Part shown: positions 38,105 to 52,000 of the stretch, piece after piece
Numbering within the stretch: position 1 is the stretch's first letter
Layout: each line of letters opens with the position of its first letter
Source: Gnetum montanum
Taxonomy: Eukaryota; Plantae; Gnetophyta
Reading direction: 5' to 3'
Assembly (NCBI GenBank): GCA_015680685.1
Contig: MNCI01002192.1
Span: forward strand, 127,237 to 191,236
DNA: 64,000 nucleotides
Made by a program: the position numbers and the translations under genes
The notes under the pieces: generated by a model
Database searches by the model: none
What the model was told of the DNA's origin: nothing
The model's input: only the letters and a program-made list of their open reading frames with translations

Positions 38105-39300
38105 GATGCTCAAAAGATGGAGGTAAGTATTTAAAATAAAATCCTTATTTTTTCAAGTTTGTTGATCACAATTTGATCATTGAACAAGTACTTCACTAAT
38201 AGTTTTATTTTGTAATTTCTTGGTTTGTTGGTTCTTAATAGTAATGGGTCTAACTTCAAAGTTGGCATTGGATTGTAATGGCAAAGTATTCCAATCCAAC
38301 ACATATGGTACATCATTTTCATGAAATTTCTTTAGCAAGCTTACATGAAAAACTAGATGATTTTTTTAAAGTTTGCTGGAAGATTTAATTGACATGCTAC
38401 TTTGCCAAATCTTTCAGAGATTTCAAAAGGTCCATAAAATCTAGGTGCTAATTTTGTATATTTTTCCAATTTAAGAGAAATTTTAGTAGGCTTTACTCTT
38501 AGTAATACTTGATCTCCTACTTGGAATTCCTTTTTAGGTCAATTTTGATCTGCATATCCTTTATATTCATCTGGGGAAGCTTGTAAATTTTGTTTAACTC
38601 TTATGAAAATGTTTTCCATTATTTTCATTTTTTTCCTTCCATTTCATTCTTAAGGTTGGATCTACCTAGGTTAGAGGTGTATGGCAATTACGTTCATATA
38701 CTACTTCGAATGGTGTTCGATGTATAGAACATTGATAATTGTTATTATAGAAATATTTTGCTAGGCGTAAATAATTCTCTAATGTTTTTGGTCTATTCCC
38801 AACATATCTTCATAGGATATCTTTTAATATTCTATTCATACATTCAGTTTGTCTATTAGTCTTAGGGTGATAAGCTGTGCTAAATTTCAACTAGGTTCTA
38901 GACTCTCTAAAGAAATCTTTCCAAAATTCCAATATGAACTTGGGATCTCTATCTAAAGTGATATATTTTGGACAATCATACAATCAAAATACTTCACGTA
39001 CAAATTTTTGGGCTACTTCTTCTACTATGTTTGTAGATTTCAAAGTTATAAAATATGCCATCTTTGATAGATGATCAACCACTACAAAAATTGAGTCATT
39101 TCTCTTTTTGGTTATTAGCAATCTGACAATGAAATCCATGGTGACATCTTTCCATTTCTAGGTTGGGACTTCCATAGGTTGTAATAATCCACTGGGTTTC
39201 CTCTATTTAGCTTTTATTCTTTGGCATATTGGATAATTTTTAATGCATGAGGACACATCATTCTTCATTCCAGGCCAAAAATAAGATTTGCAAATTATCA
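38105..39300 (-). pseudogene. Integrase with GPY/F motif and C-terminal chromodomain
   Basis: VTMDFIV..L, VVVDHLSKMAYF, DRDPKF, LAPRFYGPF, FHVSLLK. Ends RPITIKNQQTKKLQNKTISEVLVQ*..QT*KN..TYLHL (group II chromodomain). Confidence 0.85.
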
Positions 39301-39349
39301 TATAGGTCTAAATATAACCTGGGTATCTTGTGTATGGTACTTTGTTTGC

Positions 39350-40546
39350 TTCACACAAACAACCATAGTCTCCAATTTCCTTCTAGTATGCACACTCTTT
39401 GTCCTTTCATCCATAAACTATTAGAGGTAAGTTGATATTGAGGCTCATAGAAAATATTGGTTAAAATCTTTTTAAAATAAGAATCTTCTTTTATTTTTTC
39501 ATTGATTTTTTCTTCCATAGGGATCATTACCACACCTATCATTAAGTTCCACATTTGACTAAGGGCATCAACTACCACATTTTTCTTACTAGGAATATAT
39601 TTGATTTCAAAATCATATTTAGCCAATAATTCTATCCATCACCTTTGATGAGTATTCAAATAGGCTATTTCTATAAATATTCCGATCTTTTATGATCTGT
39701 TTTTAGTACAAATTGTTTTTTGCAAAGATAATGTCTCCAAACTTTTAGAGCATGAAAAATTACTAATAATTCTAAATCATGGGTTAAGTAATTTACCTTG
39801 GCTTCTCATAATTTATGAGATTCATAACATACCACTTTATCTTCTTTTGAAAGAACTAGATTGATTCCTATTCCACAAGTGTATGTGGATACTTCAAACA
39901 GTAATTCTTCATTTGGAATTCTCAAAATAGGTGCTGTTGTAAGTAGCATCTTTAATTTGAGAAAAGATTCCCTGCATTTTTCATCAAAGTTGAACACACA
40001 TTTCTCCTGCAAAAGGTTAGTCAATGTGGCTACCAAGGTAGAATAATCTTTAATGAAATGTCGATAAAAACTAACTAAAGCTAAGAAGTTGCAAACTGCT
40101 ATAACATCTTTTAATTCAGGCTAGTCTTGGATCGCACTAATTTTTGCTGGATCTACTTATAATCCTTTCTTAGAAACTATATGTCCTAAGCATGAAACAT
40201 TTTTCTTAAAGAGTTCACATTTACTCAATTTATATTTTAGCTAATGCTCATTAAGAATTTCCATTGTAATTTTTAAATGGTTGACATGTGCTTCTCTTGA
40301 CTTAGAATAAACAAGTATATCATCCATAAATACTATAACAAATTGATTAAGATATTCATGAAAAATATTATTCATTAATGCCATGAATGTTGTAGGTGCA
40401 TTAGTTAATCCAAACAGCATCACAACAAATTCGTATAACCCATACCTAGTTCTAAAAGTGGTTTTTTTAATATCTTTCTCCTTAATTCCTCTTTGGTGAT
40501 AACTTGATGTTAAATCAATCATTGAGAAATTACATGCATATGTAAG
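39350..40546 (-). pseudogene. RT (C-terminal part) and RNase H of chromovirus B
   Basis: FSMIDLTSSYHQ, KTTFRTRYGLYEFVVMLFGLTNAPTTFM, FVIVFMDDILVYS, DLELLVIFHALKVWRHYL, YDFEIKYIPSKKNVVVDALS. Confidence 0.92.
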
Positions 40547-43500
40547 TGTTGGCAATCGTTTGGGATGCGACTACCAACGAGTGTCCTCGAACAGGATTTG
40601 GGTGCTTACTAGTCTTTGGCAACACCAAGGCCCAGATACCTCCAAATAGACTCAGTAGTTAATGTGAGTATGTGTGTGTTTTGTTGCGGTGTGTGGTTGT
40701 CAAATATGAAATGATTACGTTGTGTGTAAACTACAAATGACTTATCTTAAAGAGATTCAGCCAACTTTGCCAAGTACTATGAGTTGTTGATAGTTCCTAT
40801 TTTGTTCAATTGCCTAGTCTACGTGGTCCTTATAATACCTACTTGTAACAAATAAAATTTTGCAAAAACATTTGAGCACAACTCTGCGAATCTACTNNNN
40901 NNNNNNNNNNNNNNNNNNNNNNNNNNNNNNNNNNNNNNNNNNNNNNNNNNNNNNNNNNNNNNNNNNNNNNNNNNNNNNNNNNNNNNNNNNNNNNNNNNNN
41001 NNNNNNNNNNNNNNNNNNNNNNNNNNNNNNNNNNNNNNNNNNNNNNNNNNNNNNNNNNNNNNNNNNNNNNNNNNNNNNNNNNNNNNNNNNNNNNNNNNNN
41101 NNNNNNNNNNNNNNNNNNNNNNNNNNNNNNNNNNNNNNNNNNNNNNNNNNNNNNNNNNNNNNNNNNNNNNNNNNNNNNNNNNNNNNNNNNNNNNNNNNNN
41201 NNNNNNNNNNNNNNNNNNNNNNNNNNNNNNNNNNNNNNNNNNNNNNNNNNNNNNNNNNNNNNNNNNNNNNNNNNNNNNNNNNNNNNNNNNNNNNNNNNNN
41301 NNNNNNNNNNNNNNNNNNNNNNNNNNNNNNNNNNNNNNNNNNNNNNNNNNNNNNNNNNNNGTCAACAATTTCATTCAACAGAACCTTCAAAAGACTTGAC
41401 AATTTCTGATTGAAATACCATGGAGATTCACTTTAAAGATAAAAAGAAGCTATTCTGGTCCCATCAAAATACCAAAGATTTTCTGAACCCTCTTGACTAT
41501 TGAATCGTTCAACGACATGACTACAAGTAGAGGCTCTCTTACAAAAATCTCAATAGCAGTTCTTATACGTTGCACAATAATAAAATTTACTACTAAAATG
41601 CTCTTAAGGCTTTTAAACACAAGCGCTTCTATGACAAAATTTTAACAGAAATTTTCTATCGGGCAACAAGAACAATAAGAGCAATCTAAAAATCCCAAAA
41701 TTACTTGCTAAGGATGATATTATCTAAACCACTAGCTAAACAATTTAAACAAAATAAAAAACAATAAGCATAACTCACAGGACTATGAAAAAGAGGCTGA
41801 AATCTTTTCTTTAGCAAGCCATCTTACAAGCAATCTTTCACAATTTCTTCTTTACAATGCTCTTCCCAAGACCCAAAGTGTGTCTCCAAGTGAGAGCTTA
41901 GGTGTGATCCCAAATCTTCCAAAGTGTGTTGTATTGTCCCCCCCTTGTTCCCTGAAGCCTTTTTATAGGTTTCAAAGGTAGTTAGGTAAGTTACAACTAT
42001 TTTGGGTGGTTATAACCACTATAGAGATAAAAAAGCTACAGTTGACAAGTGTCCCATGTAGTTGCCAAGTGGCCTATTCAGTTGCCAAGTGGTCACCATG
42101 GAGACAAAAAGGCTATAGTTGACAAGTGGACTTGGTGGTGGTTATAACCACCATTTCAATTGACAAGTGTTCAATTCACATGGGACTTTGAACAATTGTT
42201 GCATAAATTTCCTTTTTAAATCATAAAATATTTTATTTTTATTTACATCATAGTAGTAGAGATAGTAACGATGGAGTTGATGCATACATGGATGGGTGAA
42301 TATATAAATATATATGTAAGTGTGTACAACTGAATGCATAAATGGAGTGGCACTCTTGCATTTTCAACACAAAGCAAGTGTCACATTATGTAGATAGTAT
42401 ATAATTTAATTATAGTTTAATCATGTAGATAGTATATAGTTTATAGTATCAACACATAGCATTGCTTCCCGTTATGTAGTTTGTGTAATGGTCATCGTAG
42501 TCTAGGTTCAGCATGAAGATGTCATTGGTGATTCTGGCCATCGTTTGTATGAATGCGCTCATGCTGGACAATCGTTTGTATGAGCAGATTTTAGTTCATC
42601 ATCTTCAAAGTTGCTACCGCTATTAATGACTTGAAATTTGGATCAACATTAGGGTCGTTTTGTGGATAACAGGGTTGGGAGTATTGGATTGTATATCTTG
42701 TATTTTTGGCATGGCCACGAGATTGTTCTTGGAGCTACAGTGCATAACCTTGAATCCAACGATGACCTAGAAACCAGATCTAGATCTATATCCAGTGCTC
42801 TGTTGCTGCGAAAAAAATGCCAACAAATGATGTAGGCATAGGAATAGGGAACCTTCCTTCTTCTTTTTGTTCCTCTACAAGCGGAGACGGTACTAGGGAC
42901 TATCCAGGATGATGATTTCGGTGAGTGCTACAGCAACGGCAATGGACCACATGGCCTTGTCCATGCTCTAGCTTAGAAATGGCCTGGCTTGTAGCTACTG
43001 CTAAATCTCTTCCTATTTGTCATCTTTTCGTATTGAAAGCTTCAACAAAAGCCCTAATTTTCTCCATAATTTTAGTGGCTTTAACGAATGCAATTCAGCG
43101 CAGAACCTCATTCTGACAAACGCCGAAGCTACCATCCTTGATGATGCCATAGAGGTCACCGTTTCTCAGTGAAAATGTGGAAAGGATTATCTCCTCATCT
43201 TCGCTCTTGGCCGTAGTGTAGATCTCATCTTCCGTCACACTAATGCTAACGATTTTGCAGATGAAGGCCATTTGGAAGAGGATTTCCAGAGAACGAAGAT
43301 CAAACACCAGTGCATTCAAATAATGCAAGAGAACACCCTGGTTTTCAAGGATTTGCATAGGAAATCGATGTTGTAGTGTTTCATCGTGGCTCGCCTACAG
43401 ATACAATATTTGTGAGTTCTGCGAGGAAGCGAAGGTCCAGCTACTTGCAGAGGTAGTTGTTCATAGTTCAATTGTAGCGATGCATCACGGATGTGCTGAT

Positions 43501-44052
43501 CACACATGCCATCAACCTTGTTAAGACATTGATGCCCAATGTTTTCCACTCTTTCTCCATTTTTGCAGAATCTTCTCTACGGTGGGTTTTGGTGGCTTTG
43601 CTTCTTGATCCAATTCTTATGTGTGAAGATGACATTATGTAGAAACGGTCACCAGCATGAGGGCACCTTTTCAGTTCACTAATTAGTTTCTTGACTACAA
43701 ATTAGTGTTTGAAGTTTTGTGGATCTCAAAGGTTTCACTAAGAAATTTGATTTCTCTGAAATTATCATTTCTCCAGCTATGCATGGTCACCATGGTTGCT
43801 CCTCCTTGTGATGATGACTCTTAGATAACACACAACCCAAAGATAGATTCCAGCATTCCATAAATCAAATCCACAAAAATCTGCAACAACCCAGCACACA
43901 GACCAGACCTGCTACTACATAAATACGTAGACCCTTGATTGCTTCCTTCATAATCCCACTAGACTTTGGTTCTGTAAAGCCCAGTGTATCATAATATATT
44001 TATATATCTATATTGCTACCTTGTTCCATGAAATGGCCAAAATGTACCAACA
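40547..44052. mobile_element. Younger LTR element inserted in the RT of chromovirus B (contains the assembly gap and a probable nested LTR 41361-42454)
   Basis: TGTTGG...CCAACA termini. TSD GTAAG at 40542-40546 and 44053-44057. The RT frame resumes on the other side. CpG-retaining. Confidence 0.85.
40897..41360. other. Assembly gap (N run)
   Basis: Run of n characters. Confidence 1.
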
Positions 44053-44057
44053 GTAAG

Positions 44058-46120
44058 TTGATTAAACAAATCCTCGGTCGTAGGTAAGGGATATGTATTT
44101 TTAATCATCACATTATTCAATGCTCTATAATCAATGCATAATCTTAGTTTTCCATCTTTCTTTTTAATGAATAATAGAGGTGCACCCCAAGGTAATAAGC
44201 TAGGTTTAATTTTTTCTTCTTGCAATAATTAGTCTAATTGTACTTTTAATTCTCTTAATTTAGAAGTATAAATTCTATAAGGGGCTTTTGAAATAGGTTG
44301 TGTACAAGAAAAAATATCAATGAAATGCTCAATGGTTCTTTTTGGAGGTAGTTCTCTAGTTTTACCAAATACTGAATCTTTATATTCCTTAAGTTCTTTT
44401 AGGATCTCAGTACTTAAAGATCTTTGAGGTTTTGTTACTTTGACAACCAACATCATAGCACCTTTTTTAACTAATCTTTTAGCTTGCTTAATAGTTATCA
44501 TATGAAGTTTCTTTGTTGTTCCTACCCCTCTTAGAACCCTGACTCTGTCAATGATTGGGAATTTTAAAATATGAGTTTCAAAGTCAGAAGTAATATAAAT
44601 TTTTGCAAAAAAGACATTCCTAAAATTGCATCAACATCACCTAGTTCAAATTCAAAGAATTCATTAATGAAAGGCATGTTTTGCAAGGTAAAGTTAATTT
44701 CTCCATACTTGGTATGCTTGCTCATAGTTGTTCCATTTTCCAATTCTATCTTAATAATTTTCATGGAAGGTAAAATTAATTTCAATAAAGTAATTAACTT
44801 TGGAGAAATAAAGTTATCACTAGCACCACTATCAATCAAAAATTTAATTTTCTTACCTTTAATTAAACCTTCAAAAATCAGTAAGGCAAATTGAAATTTA
44901 TGCAAACCTAATTTAGTTGATGTAGATATCTTCTTCATGGTTGTGGTGATGGTTAGAATTTTTCCTTTATTCATGTTTGGGTTGGGTTTTTAATTCTTGT
45001 TTTGGTAGGTCCTTTGTATTTTTTCTTGAAATTTTGGGTAGTCTCATTTGAAATGATATTCACCACAAACGAAACATCTTGATCCTGATTGAGCTTTGTT
45101 GGCTGGTGTCTCCTCTACCATTTCTTGTGGAAAGGTAGTTTGTTGAAGAGTTTTTTTTGAGAGGTAGCTCATATCTAATTTGATTCCTCATAATCCTTAG
45201 CAATTCTATATGCTTCATTAATGGTTTGGCGATTATAGGCTCGTGTTTGGGGACATAGTTGAGCATGTAGTCCTCTAATGAATTTTGAAGCTAATTCTCC
45301 CTCATCTCGATAAGTTACATACCAAGAAAGATCATAGAATTTCTTGTAGTAATCATTTATGGATTGCCTTCCCAATCTTAAGGAATCAAATCTCATTTTG
45401 CACTCTTCAAGAAAACAATCAAGAATGAATTTTGGTTTAAAATATAAACAAAAATTAAGCCAATTTGTAATCAAACCTTGAGATCTTAGTCTATTCCACC
45501 ATGTTTCCACAAGCCCTCTTAAATATAAGGAGATAACTTCTAAATTTTCATGGCTTGAAAAATTCAAAATATTGAAGTAAATTTTCATTGTATCAAGCCA
45601 ATCCTTTACCTTAGCACTAGATCTAGGGGCTCCATCATAATGATCTAATTTTATTTTCTTAGCATGAACTTGTGTTAACGATTATCTAGGTGGATTAAGC
45701 TAGTTCCCATATCCTTCACCTTTGGTTTTAATTCTATGGCATACAAGAGGGATTTCAGTATCTTGTCCACTAGCAGGTGGGGTTGTGTTTTGTGTGGATC
45801 CTAGGGAGGAAGTTGATCTTGATCTTGATATTGTTTCCTAGGTAGGCCATGGGCAAGATTTAAAGGATGAATGAGATGGTCAGTTAATTGCTTAATGGAG
45901 TTTGCAAAGAAATCCATCTTTCATTGCCCATCTAATCATTTATCCTCTAAACTTTGGGATAATTTCTTAATTTCCTCAAACATATTTTGCATCTTTGTTC
46001 CAAACCCCTAGTTTGAGTGTTGAATTTTTTCTTAAACACCCATGATCTCATTAATTTGATCTTCAAGGGCCTTCATCTAATCATTGACTCAAGGTTCCAT
46101 TTCTCTCTAGTTCATTCTTT
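44058..46120 (-). pseudogene. gag, protease and RT N-terminus of chromovirus B
   Basis: YLRGLVETWW..FDSLRLGRQSINDYYKKF (gag), CFVCGE.H (Zn knuckle), FLIDSGASDNFI and DVDAILGM (PR), [26 protein letters not shown] (RT). Confidence 0.92.
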
Positions 46121-46450
46121 GAGTTCTAAACATCAATAAGTTAAAGAAATTAGGTATGTTGAGAATCCTTAGCTTCTATGGCCCTTTTTATGAGATTCAA
46201 AATTATTAGTCAGTTGTAGAAGAAGTAGAAACTATCATGGATTTATCGTTGAGTACTAAATCCTAATTATTTTTAGGAGCTAAAATAATGAATTAAATTC
46301 TAATTTTCTATAATCAAAAAGCTAAATCTAATAGTTCCATTAAGTCCAAAAGGTTAAAATTTATTGGAATCAATTTTTGTTTGGTTGAAAATAAACTCTA
46401 GATTCAAAAGTTATAGTCATTTTAAGTTTACAAAACTTGCACATTTTTCA

Positions 46451-46515
46451 AGACTTCCCAAAAGGTCACCCATCCTAGTTCAACTCTAGAATGTGCATGC
46501 TTAATGACAAAATTT
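46451..46515 (-). promoter_or_regulatory. 5S rRNA-derived segment in chromovirus leader B
   Basis: Minus strand ATTAAGCATGCAC..AGAGTTGAACTAGGATGGGTGACCTTTTGGGAAGTC. Flanks are colinear with those of 37025-37090. Confidence 0.85.
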
Positions 46516-46929
46516 TTATTTCTCTTGTTACTGCAATACCAATTTGAAATTTGGTAAATAATTGTGCATATTTTTAATTTAAATTAACAATTATGGATGC
46601 AACATTTTTTTGAAATTTTTCCATTAGTTTATGGGAATTTCAAAATTTCCATCAGTTATTAAGAAAAATTTGATTTTTCCATCTACTGATGGACGATCGA
46701 TTCTAGGGTTAACATGATCCTCTTTTAAGCTGGTGCGGCTTGTTGCACAGTCCCTGCAATCCGTTGTGTGGTCCCTATGATGCAAGTCATTGCATGGTCT
46801 CTATGGACCTTGATTATGGCCCATTTCAAGGCTAGCACAACCCTTGATTGAGCCACCATGCCCTGTCACATGGCCTACATGACCTTGGTCAAGCCCAACA
46901 CAACTTATCTTAGGACCTACACTTGGAGA

Positions 46930-47150
46930 GGCGATTATCAATAGTGTCCAAAGAGGTGGTTATCGGTGATACTAAAGATGATGATCAATAGCATTGGGGG
47001 TAGTTGTCAACAATGTTGGAGATGGTTATCAATGGTGTTGAAGGCAATGATCAATGGCACTGGAGGCGATTATTGAGAATGCTGAAAGTGGTTATTGGTG
47101 ATGCTGAAGGCAGTTACCAGTGGTGCTAGAGGCAATGATTGGTAGTGTGC
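46930..47150. repeat. ~21-bp tandem array in chromovirus leader B
   Basis: GGCGATTATCAATGGTGCTGAA-type units, about 10 degenerate copies. Confidence 0.75.
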
Positions 47151-47184
47151 ATGATAGGCAATAGGCAAGCAATAGGCAAGTATA

Positions 47185-48287
47185 CCTTTAGACTTAGACT
47201 TTGTTACTCTCAAATGTGGTTTGAAGGGTACCACATCCTTTACAAGATTTAAGCTTCACAATGGAGTGATTCCTTGCAACAAATCCAGTTAACCCCATAA
47301 GGTCCCAATAAGCTTAGAATGTGGTTTTTAGGATCCTACAACCTTTACAACTTGAGCTCCCCTCTAGAGTGTTGTGGTGCTACACCAACACTCAATCCTG
47401 TAGGATCCTAACAAGCTCAAGCAAGATGTCTTTCCACAAGAAGCACATCAACCCCTTGTGGCAACAAAAAGGAACAACAATCATAAGGAAAGAATACAAC
47501 TAAGTTTGTTGATCCTTGTACTTTGAGGTATAACTCATTCTAATTAATTACAATAGAAAAAAAATTGTACAATGAGGAATAACAATGATTACACTGATTT
47601 TTTAATGAATACAATTGATAGTACAAAATGCTTGCACATTTCCCAATGAGAATGAAGTCTTCTTATAGTCAATATGTTTTTGAAATTAGCTCAAAATCAT
47701 GTAATAGCGAACTAATGGTCACTGGAGATGTCTTCTTTGATACTGGGACATCTTTCTACAATGGATCTTCATTCTAAAAAGATGTCTTCTTCTCATGAAA
47801 TATGTCTTTCTCTCTAGAAAGATGTCTACTATTTTTTAGAGACATCTTCACTTGTGCTACCTTTAATTCTAAGAAGATGTCTTCTATTTTTGAAAGAATT
47901 CTTCACTTGATAGTAGATGGCTACTATTTCTACAAGATTTTTTCACTAAAAAATAATCCTTTAATGCTAAGGCTTCCTTCTAACCTCTAAGATAAGCTTT
48001 GAAGTCATTGTTCCTTGTCCAAGATCTTTGAATTCTTGCATGTTTACTTAAGACCTTGTAGATGTCATTCTCCTTTGAGCTCTCCTTTTGTCTAAACAAG
48101 TTCATTCCTTGTCATCAATGTAGGCTTCATCTTTGTCTCCTAAGATCTTCATTTTAACATTTCTTTGTAGGTGTCATCTCATCTTCTTATTATGTCTTCA
48201 ATGGACTTTGTCCTACAATAATAACAATCACATAGTACTACATTTTCCTTAACATTTTCACATACTAGAAGGTTAATAGGAGTAAGT
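47185..48287 (-). mobile_element. Copia-type LTR related to 31535-32492
   Basis: Reverse complement GAGCTCAAGTTGTAAAGGTTGTAGGATCC matches 32302-32335. Same AGATGTC motif cluster. Ends are approximate. Confidence 0.6.
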
Positions 48288-48904
48288 GTTATACCCCCAT
48301 GGCATCGAAGCCACTCTATTTACTAAAAATAGTAAATGAGAATTTCACCCACACTGGATCTTTCCACCCACACTGGGTGTTTCCACAACAACATTGATGT
48401 GTAGGATCATCACTAAAGTTGGTGCAATGTTAAGATCTTGATCATTTAGATCAACATTGGGGGGATGGAAAATCAACATTAAAGGGGAAGGTTGAACAAC
48501 CACCTTCCACCCCCCCTCGCCCCCAAATGCTATGCATGGTAGATATCATACTTCCCAACATTGGGAGTAGGTGAGTTATGCCCCCGATAGGTAAGTTATA
48601 CCTTCCAATGTGTATCTCCAACATGGAAAATGTTACAACCCTCATAAAACCCATCAAAATTCCAATTTTGACATTCCAAAATGAATTTTTAACCCCCTAA
48701 GCCTAAATATAGATATTATACAACTTTTTTCACTTGGGATATGAGGCTTTGACCACTTATGATGTATTTTTTAGTCCCAAAAGTATAAAGTATGTGAGAT
48801 TGTACCTCACAAGTTATAATCTTTAGATTTACAATGAAGTTTAGCCTTGGGTTTCATGGGATGGGGTTACAAAGGTTACAACATGCAAATTTTGTGGTGT
48901 TTCA
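48288..48904 (-). mobile_element. Possible short LTR (TGAAACACC start)
   Basis: Minus strand TGAAACACCACAAAATTT ... GGGGGTATAACA termini. No TSD found. Confidence 0.35.
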
Positions 48905-49099
48905 ACTACCATCTACACTACACTTGGAATTGTAGTTTTTATCATTTTCACAACTAAAGCTATTTTTACACTTGAAAATTCCATTTGTTGGAACTATTAA
49001 TTTAAAACTTAATTAAATACCTGGTTAAAGCCTTTTTGCAAGTCAATCATATTTCCCTTCAACGTTATTGGCATGACCTCAAATTAGGATGTGATGCAT

Positions 49100-52000
49100 G
49101 TATACAATCCCAACAACCCAGATGTTGAGCATAGGCAATTGCTCAAGTTGAGAGGCGAAAGTCTAGACTTTGCTATAATAATAAAGATTATTATAATTTC
49201 ATTTGCACCAAAATCCAAGCTGACCTGCTCATCCCATGCATGGAATTAGAATCCAACATGAGGTTGAGTTAATCCATAGAAATGGAAAAGAGTACATCCC
49301 TTCCCCATTTGAAAAAATAAAAATAATTAAAATCCATATGTGCATATGACCTTAGTTAATAGAGATGGATGAATTTAGCAAGAAAGTTAACTTGGAAACT
49401 CATCATGAAGAGCATGATGAGTTAGAGGCCAAACCGAATCTTAATGCCTTCATTGGGAGCCTTTTCCAGCAATCAGCTTTCCAAACCATTATAGGAAATT
49501 TGGCCTCTCCTACATCATTCGTGAGACAACTTTTCCAACCTTTTTTTCCACATGCCTAGCCTACTATGTTTGGATCAATGCCCATCATTGCTACTCACCA
49601 AGCATAACCGGTTCCTCAATTACCCTCACTCTTCTCATTAATGTCTTTTGTAACATAGCCTTGCTCAATGCAAATGTCACCTGTGGTGTTCACCATGGCT
49701 CGTCCCTTCTCCATTTTAGTGGGAATCTCAGTGGGACCCTAGGTGACTCAAGCTTTCCATGCTCCATTTCCCCCCTTTGTCCCTGAAATACTCATGTATA
49801 CTTCTTTTTCACTTTTCAGCCCACCTATAACCATGATTACACAACCTCTACAATCATTACCACTACCTATCGCGAAGCCACCAACCTTCAAACTTCCCCT
49901 TCAACCATTTGTACAAAGCCCATAATCTGCCAAAGTGCTCCAAGGCTTGGATCAAGCCTTCCAAATGATCCAACACCTCATAGGAGTACTGCACAAGCTT
50001 AAAGCTTCCACCACATAGATAGTCGAGGTAATGGACTTTTATTAGGATGATTTCATTAGTTTGACTATCCCTCAAATCACTCTTTTCCCAAGCATTCCCA
50101 TATCATAGTTCACCAAGTACAATGGTGAGGGTGATTTTAATGCACACCCTAACATCTTTTATTCTAAATGCTTGTTACTATAGGTTGGGCCTCATACAAT
50201 TATGTGAATCTTTCCTATGTCCATTATTGGAAAAGCCTTGAACTAGTACCACATGTTTCCTAGAGGATCTATTGCCTCACTAGAGGACTTGATTTTAAAA
50301 TTTGTGAATCATTTCAAGTATAAATTGAAACTAGACACCACCTTGGATCAATTGATGAAAATTAAATAGGGGCCTATTGAACCTATTCATAAGTTTATCC
50401 AAATATGGAATGCTCTACTTAATAAGATTCTTGAGTCTATAGCTAAAACCCATCTTCTAACCATTTTCAAGGATGCAATTAATGATTTCATCAAGTCCAA
50501 ACTATATTATTTAGACCTATGGTCTCTTAGCTAGGCTTTCTCACAAATTGAAAACATAGAGGATGCTATCAAGGCTAGTCATGACCCTACCTATGTAGCA
50601 TACAAGAATCATCACACAAGGAAGGATAAGGATAGGGAAAAGTAGAACCATGTAGCCATGGCCACTATGACCAAAGAGAATAAGACTTCATAGGGGTCAA
50701 AAACAAGTCAACCCAAGGTCTTTGCTACAAACAACAAATCATCAATATTAGAGGACTCTATCTCAAACCATACAAGGCCTAAATTTAACAAGAAACATTG
50801 GTTGAAGTACACCAAGTTTTCTGTATAACCATCTGATCTCATTAACTAGTTGCTCAAGAGTGGCCAAATCCAATACAAGAAAATGATCGAGAATGTCCAC
50901 AAGAGGCATGATTGACTATGCAAAATCACTAAGTATCCCACTCTAGCAACCGAGGATGGTCCAATAGAACCAAAATACTTCAAAATTAACCAATTTCATC
51001 ATCATCATTAGTTGCAAGGTCATGATACTAATTCCTATTTAGCCCTAAAGGATGACTTGCAAAAGATGATAGACAATGGAGAGCTAATGCTTGATACCTC
51101 CAACCTACTTAGGCCTCAAAACCAATATATGCAGGTATATAAAGAACCATTGAATGCAAGCAAAAATCTATACATGAAAGAAGTATTCAACTTTAGCAAC
51201 AACCCAAGACATGCTAGGGAGTTTTTTGTGATTTGGGTGCCTCTTTATGATAAAATGAAACCTTCAACTTCATCTAGTTTAAGGACTCCTTTTGTTGTAA
51301 GGATATCATCAGCAACTCCTCACAAATAATTGTTCATCATTAGAGTATCCCCTCTCGCTGTTGCCAAACCTACAACCCAAATTGATTAATATCCTCCTAT
51401 GGTGACTAATACAATGACTTCTTCATAACCCAAAATCAATAAATTACTACCAAGAAACATAAGAAGTATGTCCCAAAGCCCAAGGTCAAAGGCAACAAGC
51501 ATGTGAAGGCTTGGAAGGAGGTGGACCCACCAAAGCCTATGCCTCTTTCAAACATTCCCATGAGCTTCAACACTTAAAATGCTTTAAACAATTAGCCAAG
51601 GAAGGACTAAAAACTACAAGAGAAGGAAAAGGGGGCTAAGCTACAAACCTTAAAAATTGATATTTAAATCCTAGGACAAATGGAGGAAGTTAAAGTTAAT
51701 AAGAATGGGAAATCAAAAACCCTTGAAAAATACTTCCTTAACACCATGGAATATGTGAAGCTATGTTTGAAATAGAAAAACACTTCTTTTAGCCTATATG
51801 ACCTAGTGATAACTGAAACACCCTAAAATTTCAAGGCACTCTTGCTTCACCAAGGTCTTGGAAATGAGGCAAACATTTCCACAAGTGTAGCCTCATGACA
51901 GTTTGGTAAGAAATGAATGCACTAAGTTTAGACTGTTCAATTTGGCAATTTTTCTACCTCCAAAGCTGACAGTACTGATGGACTCTCCAACCTACCCACC

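Larger units (their letters stand above)
37398..47180 (-). mobile_element. Ty3/gypsy chromovirus (Tekay-like) copy B, 5' end interrupted
   Basis: 3' LTR 37398-37907, PPT AAGGGGGGTAGA, chromodomain-INT-RH-RT-PR-gag, and a leader with the 5S segment and tandem array. 5' LTR not seen. Confidence 0.9.

Noticed and set aside
40839-41402. Long ORFs of 160-187 aa
   Set aside because: Artefacts of the N gap.
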